Positions 9,077 through 19,223 are shown, numbered from the stretch's first letter. The stretch is DNA of 64,000 bases from Alphaproteobacteria bacterium (GCA_965204785.1 OZ242015.1:3244115-3308114); one strand, 5' to 3'. The notes: generated from the sequence alone by a model not told the origin. Translations and numbers: made by a program.

Positions 9077-10456
9077 TCAGGCAATCCGTTTGTAGACCAT
9101 GGCCCAGGCATCGTCCAGTGCCAGGGTCAGGCGGCGTACGAATTCCTCAATTTCCTCGCGGCGGATGATCTGGGGCGGCATGCAGGAAATGCGGTCTCCG
9201 ATGGCGCGGATGTAGAGACCATGGCGGTGCGCGGCGTTCATCACCATCTCGCCGACCTTCATGGCGGAGTCATAGAGATCGCGCGTCTGCTTGTCCGCCA
9301 CCAGTTCAAGGCCGCAGAAAAGGCCGACGCCGCGCACCTCGCCCACCAGCGAATGGTCGGACAAGCCGGCCATGAGGTCCTGGAAGTGCGGTGCGACGCG
9401 GCGAATGTGACCTATGAAATCAATCTCCTCGTAGATCTTGAGGGTCTCAACCGCCACCGCTGCGCAGACCGGATGGCCGGCATAGGTATAACCGTGGCCG
9501 AACACGCCGTTTCTGTTACTCTGATCGACTATGGTGTCGTGCATGTCTTCGCCGAACAGCAACGCGGAGATTGGCAAATGCGCCGCCGAGAGCGCCTTGG
9601 CGCAAGTCAGCATGTCGGGTTTCAGCCCGAAGGTCTCGCTGGCCCAGAAGTTGCCGGTGCGCCCGAACCCGGCGATGACCTCGTCGACCAGGAACGTGAT
9701 GCCGTATTTACGGATCACCGCCTGCATGGCGTCCCAATAGCCCGCGGGCGGGACCAGCGCGCCGCCGCCGCCCATGACCGGTTCGGCGAAAAACGCGGCG
9801 ATCGTGTCGGGATCTTCCGCGAGCACGAGATCCTCGAACTCCTGGGCCATGCGCGCCGAGAACTCCTCCTCCGATTCGCCCTTAATGTGGAAGCGGTAGT
9901 AGTTGGGGTTGGAGAGATGGCGGAACATCGGCAGCGGCAGGCCGAAGCCCGCATGCATGTGGGGCTGGCCGGAAAGACTGACCGCGGCGACGGTGTTGCC
10001 GTGATAACCCCGGATGCGACCGATGATTTTCTTGCGTTCGGGTTCGCCCCTGGCTCCGCTGCGATACCACAAAAGCTTGATCGCGGTGTCGTTGGCTTCC
10101 GACCCCGAACACTGGAAGAGAACCCGGCTAAGGCCCTCGGGCGCGATGGTGGTCAGTGCTTCGGACAGTTCCACGACCTTGGGATGCGTGCGGCCATAGA
10201 AGGTTGGCGAGAACGCTAGGGCCTGCATCTGTTCGGCGGCGACCTGTGCTAGACGCTGATGCCCGGTGCCCAGCGAATTGCAGCCCAGGCCGGAAATACC
10301 GTCGATGTATTCGCGGCCTTCCTCGTCATAGATGAAGACACCCTCTCCCCGTTCGATGACCACGGGCCCGGTTTCGCGGACCGCCGCCAGATTGGTCTGG
10401 GGATGGACATGATGGACAAGGTCTCTGGCCTGCCACGAGTTGGGGTCATGGGTCAT
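9077..10456 (-). CDS. Class III PLP-dependent aminotransferase
   Basis: SGSEAND, GYHG, EPVMGGGG, DEVIAGFGRTG, AKAL, HGYTYAGHP. Confidence 0.95.
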   Translation of the reverse strand: MTHDPNSWQARDLVHHVHPQTNLAAVRETGPVVIERGEGVFIYDEEGREYIDGISGLGCNSLGTGHQRLAQVAAEQMQALAFSPTFYGRTHPKVVELSEALTTIAPEGLSRVLFQCSGSEANDTAIKLLWYRSGARGEPERKKIIGRIRGYHGNTVAAVSLSGQPHMHAGFGLPLPMFRHLSNPNYYRFHIKGESEEEFSARMAQEFEDLVLAEDPDTIAAFFAEPVMGGGGALVPPAGYWDAMQAVIRKYGITFLVDEVIAGFGRTGNFWASETFGLKPDMLTCAKALSAAHLPISALLFGEDMHDTIVDQSNRNGVFGHGYTYAGHPVCAAVAVETLKIYEEIDFIGHIRRVAPHFQDLMAGLSDHSLVGEVRGVGLFCGLELVADKQTRDLYDSAMKVGEMVMNAAHRHGLYIRAIGDRISCMPPQIIRREEIEEFVRRLTLALDDAWAMVYKRIA

Positions 10457-10547
10457 GGGTTCTCCGTTGGACCGCGCGAAGGAAGGCGCTCACGATAAGG
10501 TCCGCAATTTTTGCTTGAACACCAATCGCCTTTTTGGCCGATTCTTG

Positions 10548-10560
10548 TGAGAGACTTTCA
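10548..10560. promoter_or_regulatory. Candidate LysR (MetR-type) box
   Basis: TGAG-AGACT-TTCA fits T-N11-A and is one mismatch from TGAA-N5-TTCA; lies between the divergent LysR and aminotransferase genes. Confidence 0.45.
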
Positions 10561-10583
10561 GCCAAGACGACGGGACCCATGCG

Positions 10584-11513
10584 ATGACAGCCTATCTGGA
10601 TGTCCGGCACCTGCAGATGCTGCGGACCATCGCCAAGACCGGACGCGTGACCGATGCGGCGGAGCTGTTGGGCCTGACGCCGTCGGCGCTGAGCCACCGT
10701 ATCCGGGAGGCTGAGCGGCGCCTGGGCGTGTCGCTGTTCGTGCGCCTGCACAAACGCCTGCGTATGACGCCAGCGGCCGAATACCTGGTGCAGGTCGCCG
10801 ACCGTATCCTGACCGACCTGGAACGCGCCGAGGCCGATGTCCGGCGCATGAGTCACGGCGTGACCGATGTTGTCCGGCTGGCGGTGGAAGCCTACAGTTC
10901 CTACCACTGGCTGCCGCATTTCCTGCGTCACCTGCACGGTATGCGCGCCGACATCGACCTGCAGGTGATGGCCGACGCCAGCCAGAACACGCTGCACCAT
11001 CTCCTGAACCGCCACATCGACCTTGCGGTTCTGCCCAGCGGCGTGCCCCAGGCCGGCACGGTGACGATCCCGCTGTTCGCCGACGAGATCGTTTTCATCA
11101 TGCCGCCCAGCCACCGCCATGCTGGCAAGGCTTTCATCGAAGCCAAGGACCTGGAAGGCGAGGACCACATCACCACGCAACTCACGCCCAGTCCCGATCA
11201 GGAGTTCATGCGCGTGATGCGTCCAGCCGAATCCTATCCGCGCTGGACCACGCCCATCGAATTGCCCGAAGCCATCGTGGAGTTGGTCGCGGCCGGGCTG
11301 GGCACCAGCATGCTGGCGCGCTGGGCGGTGGAACGCACGGTCGATTGCGGGCGTCTGGCCATGGCCAGACTGACCGAGCAGGGCCTGCCGCTGGAGTGGT
11401 CCGCTGTGATCCGTCAGAAAGATGCCGAAAACACCGCAACCCGGGCCATGGCCGACCTGCTGGCCGATTGGTGCAAGAACGATATCCTGGGGTTTCGCCG
11501 CACCCAAGCATGA
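10584..11513 (+). CDS. LysR-family regulator, MetR-like
   Basis: N-terminal HTH AAELLGLTPSALSHRIREAE; RLAVEAYSSYHWL resembles MetR. Confidence 0.92.
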   Translation: MTAYLDVRHLQMLRTIAKTGRVTDAAELLGLTPSALSHRIREAERRLGVSLFVRLHKRLRMTPAAEYLVQVADRILTDLERAEADVRRMSHGVTDVVRLAVEAYSSYHWLPHFLRHLHGMRADIDLQVMADASQNTLHHLLNRHIDLAVLPSGVPQAGTVTIPLFADEIVFIMPPSHRHAGKAFIEAKDLEGEDHITTQLTPSPDQEFMRVMRPAESYPRWTTPIELPEAIVELVAAGLGTSMLARWAVERTVDCGRLAMARLTEQGLPLEWSAVIRQKDAENTATRAMADLLADWCKNDILGFRRTQA

Positions 11514-11542
11514 CATTACATCCGGTCAAAGGAGAGAGCACC

Positions 11543-12421
11543 ATGCGGATTACCTTCATCGGCCTGGGCACCATGGGGTTGTCGATGGCGACAACCCTGC
11601 TTCAGGCGGGCTATGCCGTGACCGGCTTCGACCTCTCCCCGAACGCCTGTCGGGCATTCGGGGAAGCCGGTGGCAACACCGCGGATGATACGACCGAAGC
11701 CATGACCCATGCCGAAACCATCGTCACGATGCTGCCCGAAGGCGCTCATGTCCGCGAGGTCTTCTCCATCGACACGCTGTCGGGTCTCGAACCGGACCGG
11801 CTTCTGGTCGACTGCTCGACCATCGACGTCACCAGCGCCCGCGACCTTGCCGCCCTGGCCGACAGCATGGGTCATGCCTTTGTCGACGCCCCGGTTTCCG
11901 GCGGTGCGGAAGGTGCGGCGAAAGGCACGCTGGCCTTCATGGTCGGTGGTGAGACACAGGCGTTTGCGCGCGCCCAACCTCTGTTCGACATCATGGGCGC
12001 CAAAGCGCTTCATTTCGGGCCTGCCGGTTCCGGCCAGGCCGCCAAGGCGTGCCACAACATGATCTGCGGCATCACGGCGCTGGGCGTATGCGAGGCCTTT
12101 GCGCTGGCCGACGGCCTGGACCTCGATCACACGGCGTTTTTCGAGCTCTGCCGCAATGCTGCCGGGCAAAGCTGGATTCTGGAAAACCGCTGCCCCGTGC
12201 CAGGCCCTGCCCCCGCCGCACCGGCCAGCAACGGCTACGCTCCGGGATTTGCCGCGCGCCTGATGGCCAAGGACCTGGGTCTGGCACAGGAAGCTGCGGT
12301 GGTGTGCGGCCAGGATACGCCGTTCGGCAAGGAGGCCGCGCGCCGGTTCGCCGAATTCACCCGGGCGACCGGCGGCGCACTCGACTTCTCGGCGATCTAC
12401 GAGACGATCCGCAAGGCCTGA
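11543..12421 (+). CDS. 3-hydroxyisobutyrate dehydrogenase family (mmsB-like)
   Basis: FIGLGTMG, DCSTID, DAPVSGG, KACHN; RBS AAGGAG before ATG at 11543. Confidence 0.9.
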   Translation: MRITFIGLGTMGLSMATTLLQAGYAVTGFDLSPNACRAFGEAGGNTADDTTEAMTHAETIVTMLPEGAHVREVFSIDTLSGLEPDRLLVDCSTIDVTSARDLAALADSMGHAFVDAPVSGGAEGAAKGTLAFMVGGETQAFARAQPLFDIMGAKALHFGPAGSGQAAKACHNMICGITALGVCEAFALADGLDLDHTAFFELCRNAAGQSWILENRCPVPGPAPAAPASNGYAPGFAARLMAKDLGLAQEAAVVCGQDTPFGKEAARRFAEFTRATGGALDFSAIYETIRKA

Positions 12422-12433
12422 GCGCCGATCCGA

Positions 12434-13906
12434 TCAGGGCTGGCCGGCGAGAATCTCCATGATGGCGGCGCAGCGGGGATCGTCGTCTGCAAATCTGCGC
12501 ATGGCGCGCAGAAGACCTTCGGCCAATTGCCGTTTGCGGTCGACATGGTCCCTCTCATCGGCAAGGTTGCGGCATTCGGCCGGATCGGATTGGAGGTCGT
12601 AGAGTTCGGTGAAGCCGCTCTCCTGAACCACGAGCTTCCAGCCATCCTCGTGCCACGCGCGCTGCAGGATGGGTTCGTGCAGCCCGTAATGCTGGGTCAT
12701 CTGCCCACTACGCCAGGATGCCGTGTGGCCCGATAGCAGCGACATCAGGCTTTCGCCATGGAGCGGCAATTCAGCAGTCAGCCTGCAGGCCTCAAGCAGG
12801 GTCGGTGCCACATCCATGCTGGTGACCAGTTCCTTGCGCACGCCGCCTCGCGGCACTCCGGGGCCACGCATGACGAGCGGGATGCGCTGGATTTCCTCGA
12901 CCAGCAGACCGCCCTTGTTGGCGACACCGCCGTTGGAGGCGGTGGCATCGCCATGGTCGGCGTTGAAGAGGACGAGCGTGTTGTCGGCCAAACCGAGGCG
13001 GTCGAGCGTGTCGAGAATGCCCGCGAGGGCTACCTCGACCAGGGCGGTCTGTTCGAGAGCCCGCTGCGCCATCAGACGCCAGCCGGAGGCATCGAGACCC
13101 AGAGCCGCCTTCCAGTAGTCGCGATAGTCCCTGTGATGCCCGGGACGATGTGCGAGATCGGAACCGAAGTTCCCGGGCAGCTTGATGTCGTTGTCGGGAA
13201 TCGAACCGTCGAACGGTTGCCCGGTGATATAGGGTGGGTGCGGACCCCAAGGGTCGACGCGCACGAAGAACGGTGCATCTTTGACCGACTCGATCCAGTC
13301 CCTGGCCAACCCGGCAACGAAGAAGGCTTCGTGGGTTTCCGCGGGACCCTGCAGGACCGCCGTTCCGGCCTCGTAAGCGAACCAGTCCTTTACCTCTGTA
13401 AGGTTCCAGGATGCACCGGCCGCCGCGCCGGTTTCGCCCGGCTGTTCGATAGTGACGACAGGTTCGGGCAAACCATGGCGAGCGAGGTAATCGCGATAGG
13501 CGACTTCGCCATAGGGGTAACCGTAGCCCGGCACCGACCAACCCTCGAAGCCGAAGTCCTGTGCGGGCCTTTGGTTGTTGAGATGCCACTTGCCGAACGA
13601 GGCGCAGCGGTAGCCCGCATCCAGCAGCGGTCGGTGCACCATCCAGTCCGAGGGCTCAAGGCCCGCGCAGCCGCCAAAGCGGCCGTCGTTTTCCGTGAGG
13701 CCGTGCGCGTGCGGATAAACGCCTGTCAACATGCTGGCCCGAGCCGGGCTGCAGATGGGAAGCACCGTGTAGGCGCGGTCGAACCGTGTGCCTTCACGTG
13801 CGAGGCGCGCCTGGAGGGCAAAAGAGGTGGTGATGGCACCGCGATTGGCAAGCGACTGCTGATCGGCGACCAGCCAGACGATATTGGGTGGCCGCCCTGT
13901 CGTCAT
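12434..13906 (-). CDS. Cys-type sulfatase
   Basis: PNIVWLVADQ, CSPARASMLTG, GKWHL, PHPPY, DHG, ELYDL. Confidence 0.93.
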   Translation of the reverse strand: MTTGRPPNIVWLVADQQSLANRGAITTSFALQARLAREGTRFDRAYTVLPICSPARASMLTGVYPHAHGLTENDGRFGGCAGLEPSDWMVHRPLLDAGYRCASFGKWHLNNQRPAQDFGFEGWSVPGYGYPYGEVAYRDYLARHGLPEPVVTIEQPGETGAAAGASWNLTEVKDWFAYEAGTAVLQGPAETHEAFFVAGLARDWIESVKDAPFFVRVDPWGPHPPYITGQPFDGSIPDNDIKLPGNFGSDLAHRPGHHRDYRDYWKAALGLDASGWRLMAQRALEQTALVEVALAGILDTLDRLGLADNTLVLFNADHGDATASNGGVANKGGLLVEEIQRIPLVMRGPGVPRGGVRKELVTSMDVAPTLLEACRLTAELPLHGESLMSLLSGHTASWRSGQMTQHYGLHEPILQRAWHEDGWKLVVQESGFTELYDLQSDPAECRNLADERDHVDRKRQLAEGLLRAMRRFADDDPRCAAIMEILAGQP

Positions 13907-16314
13907 GCCTTGAGCTTCAGGTTTTCGGGATCGTAGGGCGCTTCCTGAAGTCGACTGGCGGGAACAAGCCTGCCCAGCATCTTGATGGTGAGGTCATTGC
14001 GGTCCGCCGCGTGGCTCTCGACATATCCAAGTGCCAGACATCGCCCGGTACGGTAACCGGTGGCACCGGAGGTGACGAAACCGACCGGGGCACCGTCCGC
14101 GACGATCGTGTTGTTGGCATGGGGATCGTTATCGCCTGGTTCCACCTCCAGCATCACGAAGGTCCACTCGGGTTGCCTACCGCGCTGGGCAAGGACAGCA
14201 TCGCGTCCACGGAAGTCGCCTTTGTCGAAGGCGACAAACCGCTCGAGGCCGGCGTCAAAGGGCGTGTATTCGATGCCGAATTCCGATCGCCAGCCGTGAT
14301 AGCCCTTTTCGATGCGCATGGCGTTCAGCGCATAGGACCCGAAATCGGTAAGGCCCAGATCGTCGCCCTCGCGCCAGAGAGCGTCGTAGACGGTCGGGAC
14401 ATCCTCCATCGCCATATGGAGTTCCCAACCCAGTTCGCCGACATAACTGACACGCAGGGCAAGGACATCGACCCCCGCCACGGCGATCTCGGCGGCCGAC
14501 ATCCACGGTGCGGCGCCGGCGGAAAGATCGGCATCGGTCAGACGCGCCAGGAGGTCGCGTGAGCGCGGACCCATGACCATCAGCGTGGCGCGGCTGCCCG
14601 ATTCATCGCTGAGCGTCACGCAGCCGTCGTCGGGCAGCAGGCACCGGAAGGCGTCGAAATCGCGTTTCTCGGCCAGCGTGGGTCCCAACAGCAGGAAGCT
14701 CTGTTCGCCCAGACGGGTGATCGTCGCCTCGGTGAAGACCTTGCCCTTTTCCGAGAGTACATAACGCAGACCGACCCGTCCGATTTTCGGCAGGCGTCCG
14801 CAGAACAGACGATCGAGCCAGGTGGCCGCGGCGGAGCCTTCGACGCGGTAGCGGGTGAAACCGGCGTGGTCCATGACGCCGACACGGTCGCGCACGGCTT
14901 CGCATTCTCCACGCACGGCTGGCTCCCAACCCTCATGGCGGAAGCTCAGGCGCCCGGTGTCGCGGACCGTCTCGGTCTGGAACCAGATGGCGCGCTCCCA
15001 GCCGCCGATCTGGGCAAACACCGCGTCCTTCTTTCGCAGGGTGTCATAAAGCGGGCTGGTGTTGACCGGACGTCCGGATGACCAGACCCGATGGGGATAG
15101 GGCGCCGCATACTGGTGTTCATAAAGTTCGCTGATGCGCGCGGCCGCGTAGTCCTGGCTCGCCCAGTCCCCGAAGCGGCGAGGATCCCATGCCCAGGTGT
15201 CCCACTCGGTTTCGCCCTCCAGGATCATCTCGGCAATCGCCTTGCCGGCCGCCGGACCCTGGCAGAACCCGATCTGGATGGCGCAGCAGTGATAGGCGTT
15301 GGTGAGGCCGAAGGCAGGCCCCACCAGAGGCTGGGCGTCGGGCGCATAGGGAATGGGGCCGTTCACGAAGCGCGCGATTCCGGCCTCCTCCAGCATGGGA
15401 AATAGTTCTGCCGCACCGTCATAGATCGCCTCGAGTTGGGAGAGATCGTCGGCGAAAAGCTCTTGGCCGAAGTCGGACGGCACGCCGTCGAGCCAGACCA
15501 GATTGGTCTTGTGACCGTAGGACCCCAGCAGAAGACCGCCTTGCTCCTGACGGAAGTAGAACTCCCTGTCGGGATCGCGGAAGATCGGGAAACGCTCCGT
15601 GCGTTCCTGCACGGCGGCCAGGTCCTCGGTCACGACATACTGATGCGCCAGGCTGACGATGGGGAGGTTCTGGCCCATCATGGCTGCGACTTCGCGGCCC
15701 CGGAATCCGGCCGCGTTCACCACGATCTCGGCGCGGATGTCCCCATTGCGGCAGTGGAGCGTCCAGCTTCCGTCCGTCGCCTGTTCCATCGCCTCAACCG
15801 GGTTGTGCCGCAGGATACGCGCCCCGTGGCAACGCGCGCCCGTGGCGATGGCATGGACGATCTGGGCGGGATCGATTGCGCCCTCATAGGGATCGTGCAG
15901 TCCGCCGATCAGGCCATCGCCTTTCAGGAAGGGATGCAGTCGTTCCATCCCGGCAACGTCGAGGATGTTCATCTCCAGGCCTTGGCCATGGGCAATGCCC
16001 GCCACGGTGTGAAGATGGTCCATGCGCTCCGTGGTATGTGCGGGGTAGAGACAGCCATCGATGTGGAAGCTGAAGGGATAGTCCACATCACGCGCAACCT
16101 GCTCGTAAAACCGCTTGGCGTAAAATTGCGCGCGCATGTTGCCCCAGTTGGCCGAGAACGGTGTGACATGCCCGGCGGCATGCCAGGACGAACCGGCGGT
16201 CAGTTCCTCACGCTCGATCAGCAGCACGTCGGTCTCGCTGGCGAGGCAAAGCTGGTAGAGGCAGCAGACCCCGGAGATGCCGCCGCCGATGACCGCAACG
16301 CGAGCCTGATCCAC
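13903..16314 (-). CDS. GcvT-family FAD-dependent oxidoreductase (dimethylglycine/sarcosine dehydrogenase-like)
   Basis: VIGGGISG, LTAGSSWHAAG, GGWERA, SYVGELGWELH, RIEKGY; probable GTG start at 16314. Confidence 0.93.
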   Translation of the reverse strand: MDQARVAVIGGGISGVCCLYQLCLASETDVLLIEREELTAGSSWHAAGHVTPFSANWGNMRAQFYAKRFYEQVARDVDYPFSFHIDGCLYPAHTTERMDHLHTVAGIAHGQGLEMNILDVAGMERLHPFLKGDGLIGGLHDPYEGAIDPAQIVHAIATGARCHGARILRHNPVEAMEQATDGSWTLHCRNGDIRAEIVVNAAGFRGREVAAMMGQNLPIVSLAHQYVVTEDLAAVQERTERFPIFRDPDREFYFRQEQGGLLLGSYGHKTNLVWLDGVPSDFGQELFADDLSQLEAIYDGAAELFPMLEEAGIARFVNGPIPYAPDAQPLVGPAFGLTNAYHCCAIQIGFCQGPAAGKAIAEMILEGETEWDTWAWDPRRFGDWASQDYAAARISELYEHQYAAPYPHRVWSSGRPVNTSPLYDTLRKKDAVFAQIGGWERAIWFQTETVRDTGRLSFRHEGWEPAVRGECEAVRDRVGVMDHAGFTRYRVEGSAAATWLDRLFCGRLPKIGRVGLRYVLSEKGKVFTEATITRLGEQSFLLLGPTLAEKRDFDAFRCLLPDDGCVTLSDESGSRATLMVMGPRSRDLLARLTDADLSAGAAPWMSAAEIAVAGVDVLALRVSYVGELGWELHMAMEDVPTVYDALWREGDDLGLTDFGSYALNAMRIEKGYHGWRSEFGIEYTPFDAGLERFVAFDKGDFRGRDAVLAQRGRQPEWTFVMLEVEPGDNDPHANNTIVADGAPVGFVTSGATGYRTGRCLALGYVESHAADRNDLTIKMLGRLVPASRLQEAPYDPENLKLKA

Positions 16315-16316
16315 GC

Positions 16317-17021
16317 CTAGTGATCCCGCAGCAGCGTGCCGAACCCCGGCACCGCGTCGTCGATGCCGAGCGTGCGCAGCGTGTGCCAATAGAGCGCGGC
16401 GTTGCAGGCGACCACGGGCTTGTTGTGCGCGGCTTCGAGTTCGTCGATGAGGCCGACCACGGGGAGCGCCGTGCCGACCTGGAGGATGGCGTCGATCCCG
16501 TCCGAGGCTACCGCGGCAAAGACGCGGCGGATATCGTCGAGCGATGTCTCGACAATGGCGGGAAGCGAAAGCGCTTGCGTCCCATTGATCGCGACCGCCT
16601 CGAAACCGGCCTTTTCGGTGTTGGCCTTCACGTTGGCATCGACCTCCGCGTTGAACGGGGTGACGACGGCGATGCGTTTGGCGCCCAGCATGCGCAGCGC
16701 GTGGTAGTCGGCGGCCGAGGCGTTGAGAACCGGCACACCGAGCTGTTCCTGCAACGCCGCGCAGCGCGCGGCCAGCTTGTCTGGGCCGCCGGGTCCGGCA
16801 TCGGTGGTGAGACCGATAGCGAGTGCGGCCGGTCCGGCGTCCATCAGCTTTCCGGCTTCGTCGGACAAATCATCTGAGATCTGCTCGCCGCCCAGCCGGA
16901 AACGCTGCATCTGGTTCGTCACACCATGGGGCCGCAGGGCGTTGAGTTCAGGCTCCAAAACCGTGTTCATGGCCGGTGTCATCACACCGATGACGGCCCG
17001 GTGGCCGAGCGTATCTGTCAT
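16317..17021 (-). CDS. Maleate isomerase/arylmalonate decarboxylase (Asp/Glu racemase superfamily) protein
   Basis: IGVMTPAMNTVLEPE, RIAVVTPF, KPVVACNAALYWHTLR, GFGTL. Confidence 0.85.
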   Translation of the reverse strand: MTDTLGHRAVIGVMTPAMNTVLEPELNALRPHGVTNQMQRFRLGGEQISDDLSDEAGKLMDAGPAALAIGLTTDAGPGGPDKLAARCAALQEQLGVPVLNASAADYHALRMLGAKRIAVVTPFNAEVDANVKANTEKAGFEAVAINGTQALSLPAIVETSLDDIRRVFAAVASDGIDAILQVGTALPVVGLIDELEAAHNKPVVACNAALYWHTLRTLGIDDAVPGFGTLLRDH

Positions 17022-17062
17022 GTCGTTGTCCTTGTGTGTGTGTGTTCGGCTGGGCTCACCTG

Positions 17063-17135
17063 CACCGGCCCTCTCCCCCACCCAGACACCCACGGCAGTG
17101 TCCTGAATGGATAGCCGGGTGGGGGAGGGCCGGTG
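17063..17135. repeat. Palindromic intergenic element inside the operon
   Basis: CACCGGCCCTCTCCCCCACCC ... GGGTGGGGGAGGGCCGGTG inverted repeat. Confidence 0.8.
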
Positions 17136-17150
17136 GCGTGCATCAGAGCA

Positions 17151-17582
17151 TCATCCGAAATATCCCTGCATCCCTTTGAAGCCGTTCTCGAAAATGCCGA
17201 TGCCGACGACCTCGACCATGGCTTTTGCATCGCTGTCGGCCACGTCGAACGTCACTTCCCAACTGGCGAAGGTCCGCTCCCCCATCGTCACGGGCACGAA
17301 ACGCTGGGTCGCGGCGTAATTCCAGACCGGCAGCGGCGATTCCACGACGTCATAGGTAAAGCTGTGGCCCCGATCGTCGAGCGCCAGGAGCGTTTCGCGG
17401 ATGACACCGCCATCGAGCAGAACCAGACGACGGATACATCCGACCCGGTCACTGGGACCACCGTCCTCGATCTCTGCGGAGGCGACACCGGGGTTCCATG
17501 CCACCACGCCATCGAAGCGGCGCAGCACGGGCCAGATGGCGGTGATGGGCGCGTCGATGACGGCGCTTTTGAAGAGAAACAT
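17151..17582 (-). CDS. SRPBCC / polyketide cyclase family protein
   Basis: SAVIDAPITAIWPVLRRFD, WNP, VGCIRRL, ETLLALDD pattern. Confidence 0.88.
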   Translation of the reverse strand: MFLFKSAVIDAPITAIWPVLRRFDGVVAWNPGVASAEIEDGGPSDRVGCIRRLVLLDGGVIRETLLALDDRGHSFTYDVVESPLPVWNYAATQRFVPVTMGERTFASWEVTFDVADSDAKAMVEVVGIGIFENGFKGMQGYFG

Positions 17583-19114
17583 CAGGCGATCCTTTCGGGC
17601 AGTAGAATGGGGAACCGTTCGCGGATCGCCCGGTCGACCTCAGCGGGGATGTGCGACCGCGGCGGTGCGGCAAGAATGGCGTCGACACGCTCGCGGGCGC
17701 GGCTCCACAGACTGGGCGAACCGTCCTTCTGCCAGTCGGTGATGCTGCGCCGGTCGCCCAGTTCGGGATAGAGATAGTCGCGTTTCATCAGCCGCATGGT
17801 CTGGTCCGTGCCCAGATAATGGCCTTCGCCGTTGACCACTTCCTCGATGACATCGAGCGAAAGTGTTTCGGGCGAGACCTCTATGCCCCGCACGGTGCGC
17901 AGGATGGCCCCGTGCATGTCGTTGTCGATGACGAACGCCTCGGCCGAGGCCGCCATGATGCTACCCAGCATGCCCGCCGAGAGGTTCACCATGTTCGACC
18001 CCGCATGGGCCGTCAGCGCGACGGTGAGACCCTTTTCGTAGCCGGCCTGGTTATCGGCCTGCTTGGCGTCGGTCATGCCGGCACAAGCGGTCGAGGGGAG
18101 ACCTAGGCGATGAAGCAGTTGCGAGGCTGCGGCACTGGCGATGGCGCATTCGCCCGAACCGCCGGTCATCGCGCCGGTGCGCAGATCGGAAATGAACGGC
18201 ATGAAGGCAGAGACCACCGGATGGCCGGGCTTGATCGCGTTGACATAGACGACGCCGGCAAGACACTCGGCCAGCCCCTGTGCTAGCGCGCTGGCCAGCG
18301 CTGTCGGGCTGGTGGCACCCGCCTGTCCCGCCGAGCAGGTCTGGATAGGAATGCCGCGCGCGATGGCGCGCTCCATCACCAGGCAGCCTTCACTGGCAAA
18401 GCGCAGGGGCGGCACGACATGGACCGCCGCGACAAAACACGCAGGCCGTTCCGTGAAGGGCACACCCGTCGCCATGGCGACCATGTCGGCGACCGCATCG
18501 ACTGTCCCGGGTCCGGTGAAGGAAACCCCGATGGGTTTGGTCGTGCCCGACAGACAGGCATAGGCGGTGTTGAGGTCGAGCGTGCGGTCATCGGGCATGT
18601 CGCGCGCGACCACCGGCCGAAGGAAATAGTGGATGTTGTCGCAGGCATCGACCACACGGGCGAGGTTGTGGAGGTCCAACGCCGTCGAATCGCGGAACGC
18701 ACCGGTTGCCCCGTCAAGGACCTGCACGGCGGCCCCGCCCACGCCCAGATGCACGCGCTGCCCGCCCACGGAAAGGTCACGTTCCGGGACAAATCCGTAG
18801 ACGGTGGTTTCGTGCGCGGCCTGCCCAACCATCGCCTCGACCATGGCCCGGGGCATCCTGATACGGCCCTCTCCTGAGACCTGCGCACCAGCCGCCGTCA
18901 TGGCGTCGATGCCGCTCTGGGGCGCGTCGGCGAGCCCGACACGCTCTAGCAACTCGAAGGCGGCCGCGACCACCGCGTCGGCACTATGATCGCTGAGCGG
19001 TCGCAACGCACCGCCGGAAAGACCGGGCACGACCACGGGCGCGTTTTCCGCGCTGGAAGCCCGGCGCGCGCGCCGGCGCATCGGTCGTTCGCCTATGCTG
19101 GCGGGATCATCCAT
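17582..19114 (-). CDS. mttB: Non-pyrrolysine trimethylamine methyltransferase family protein
   Basis: AGATSP, SDLRTGAMTGGSGE, GMTDAKQADNQAGYEK, AGMLGS; no in-frame amber codon. Confidence 0.92.
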   Translation of the reverse strand: MDDPASIGERPMRRRARRASSAENAPVVVPGLSGGALRPLSDHSADAVVAAAFELLERVGLADAPQSGIDAMTAAGAQVSGEGRIRMPRAMVEAMVGQAAHETTVYGFVPERDLSVGGQRVHLGVGGAAVQVLDGATGAFRDSTALDLHNLARVVDACDNIHYFLRPVVARDMPDDRTLDLNTAYACLSGTTKPIGVSFTGPGTVDAVADMVAMATGVPFTERPACFVAAVHVVPPLRFASEGCLVMERAIARGIPIQTCSAGQAGATSPTALASALAQGLAECLAGVVYVNAIKPGHPVVSAFMPFISDLRTGAMTGGSGECAIASAAASQLLHRLGLPSTACAGMTDAKQADNQAGYEKGLTVALTAHAGSNMVNLSAGMLGSIMAASAEAFVIDNDMHGAILRTVRGIEVSPETLSLDVIEEVVNGEGHYLGTDQTMRLMKRDYLYPELGDRRSITDWQKDGSPSLWSRARERVDAILAAPPRSHIPAEVDRAIRERFPILLPERIA

Positions 19115-19197
19115 GCTGGGCGTCTTTCACCTGTCTCCATGAGACAGGCTAGGGACGAGCCTTGCATTAGCGCAATTGCATAAAACCGATGATTTCG

Positions 19198-19210
19198 TGA
19201 AATCTGTTCG
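19198..19210. promoter_or_regulatory. Candidate MetR-type LysR box upstream of the mttB operon
   Basis: TGAA-ATCTG-TTCG, about 85 bp upstream of the mttB start. Confidence 0.35.
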
Positions 19211-19223
19211 CACCAGAGTGCGG

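Noticed and set aside
17582-19114. Pyrrolysine recoding in mttB
   Set aside because: ORF is continuous with no amber codon, and no pyl genes are visible
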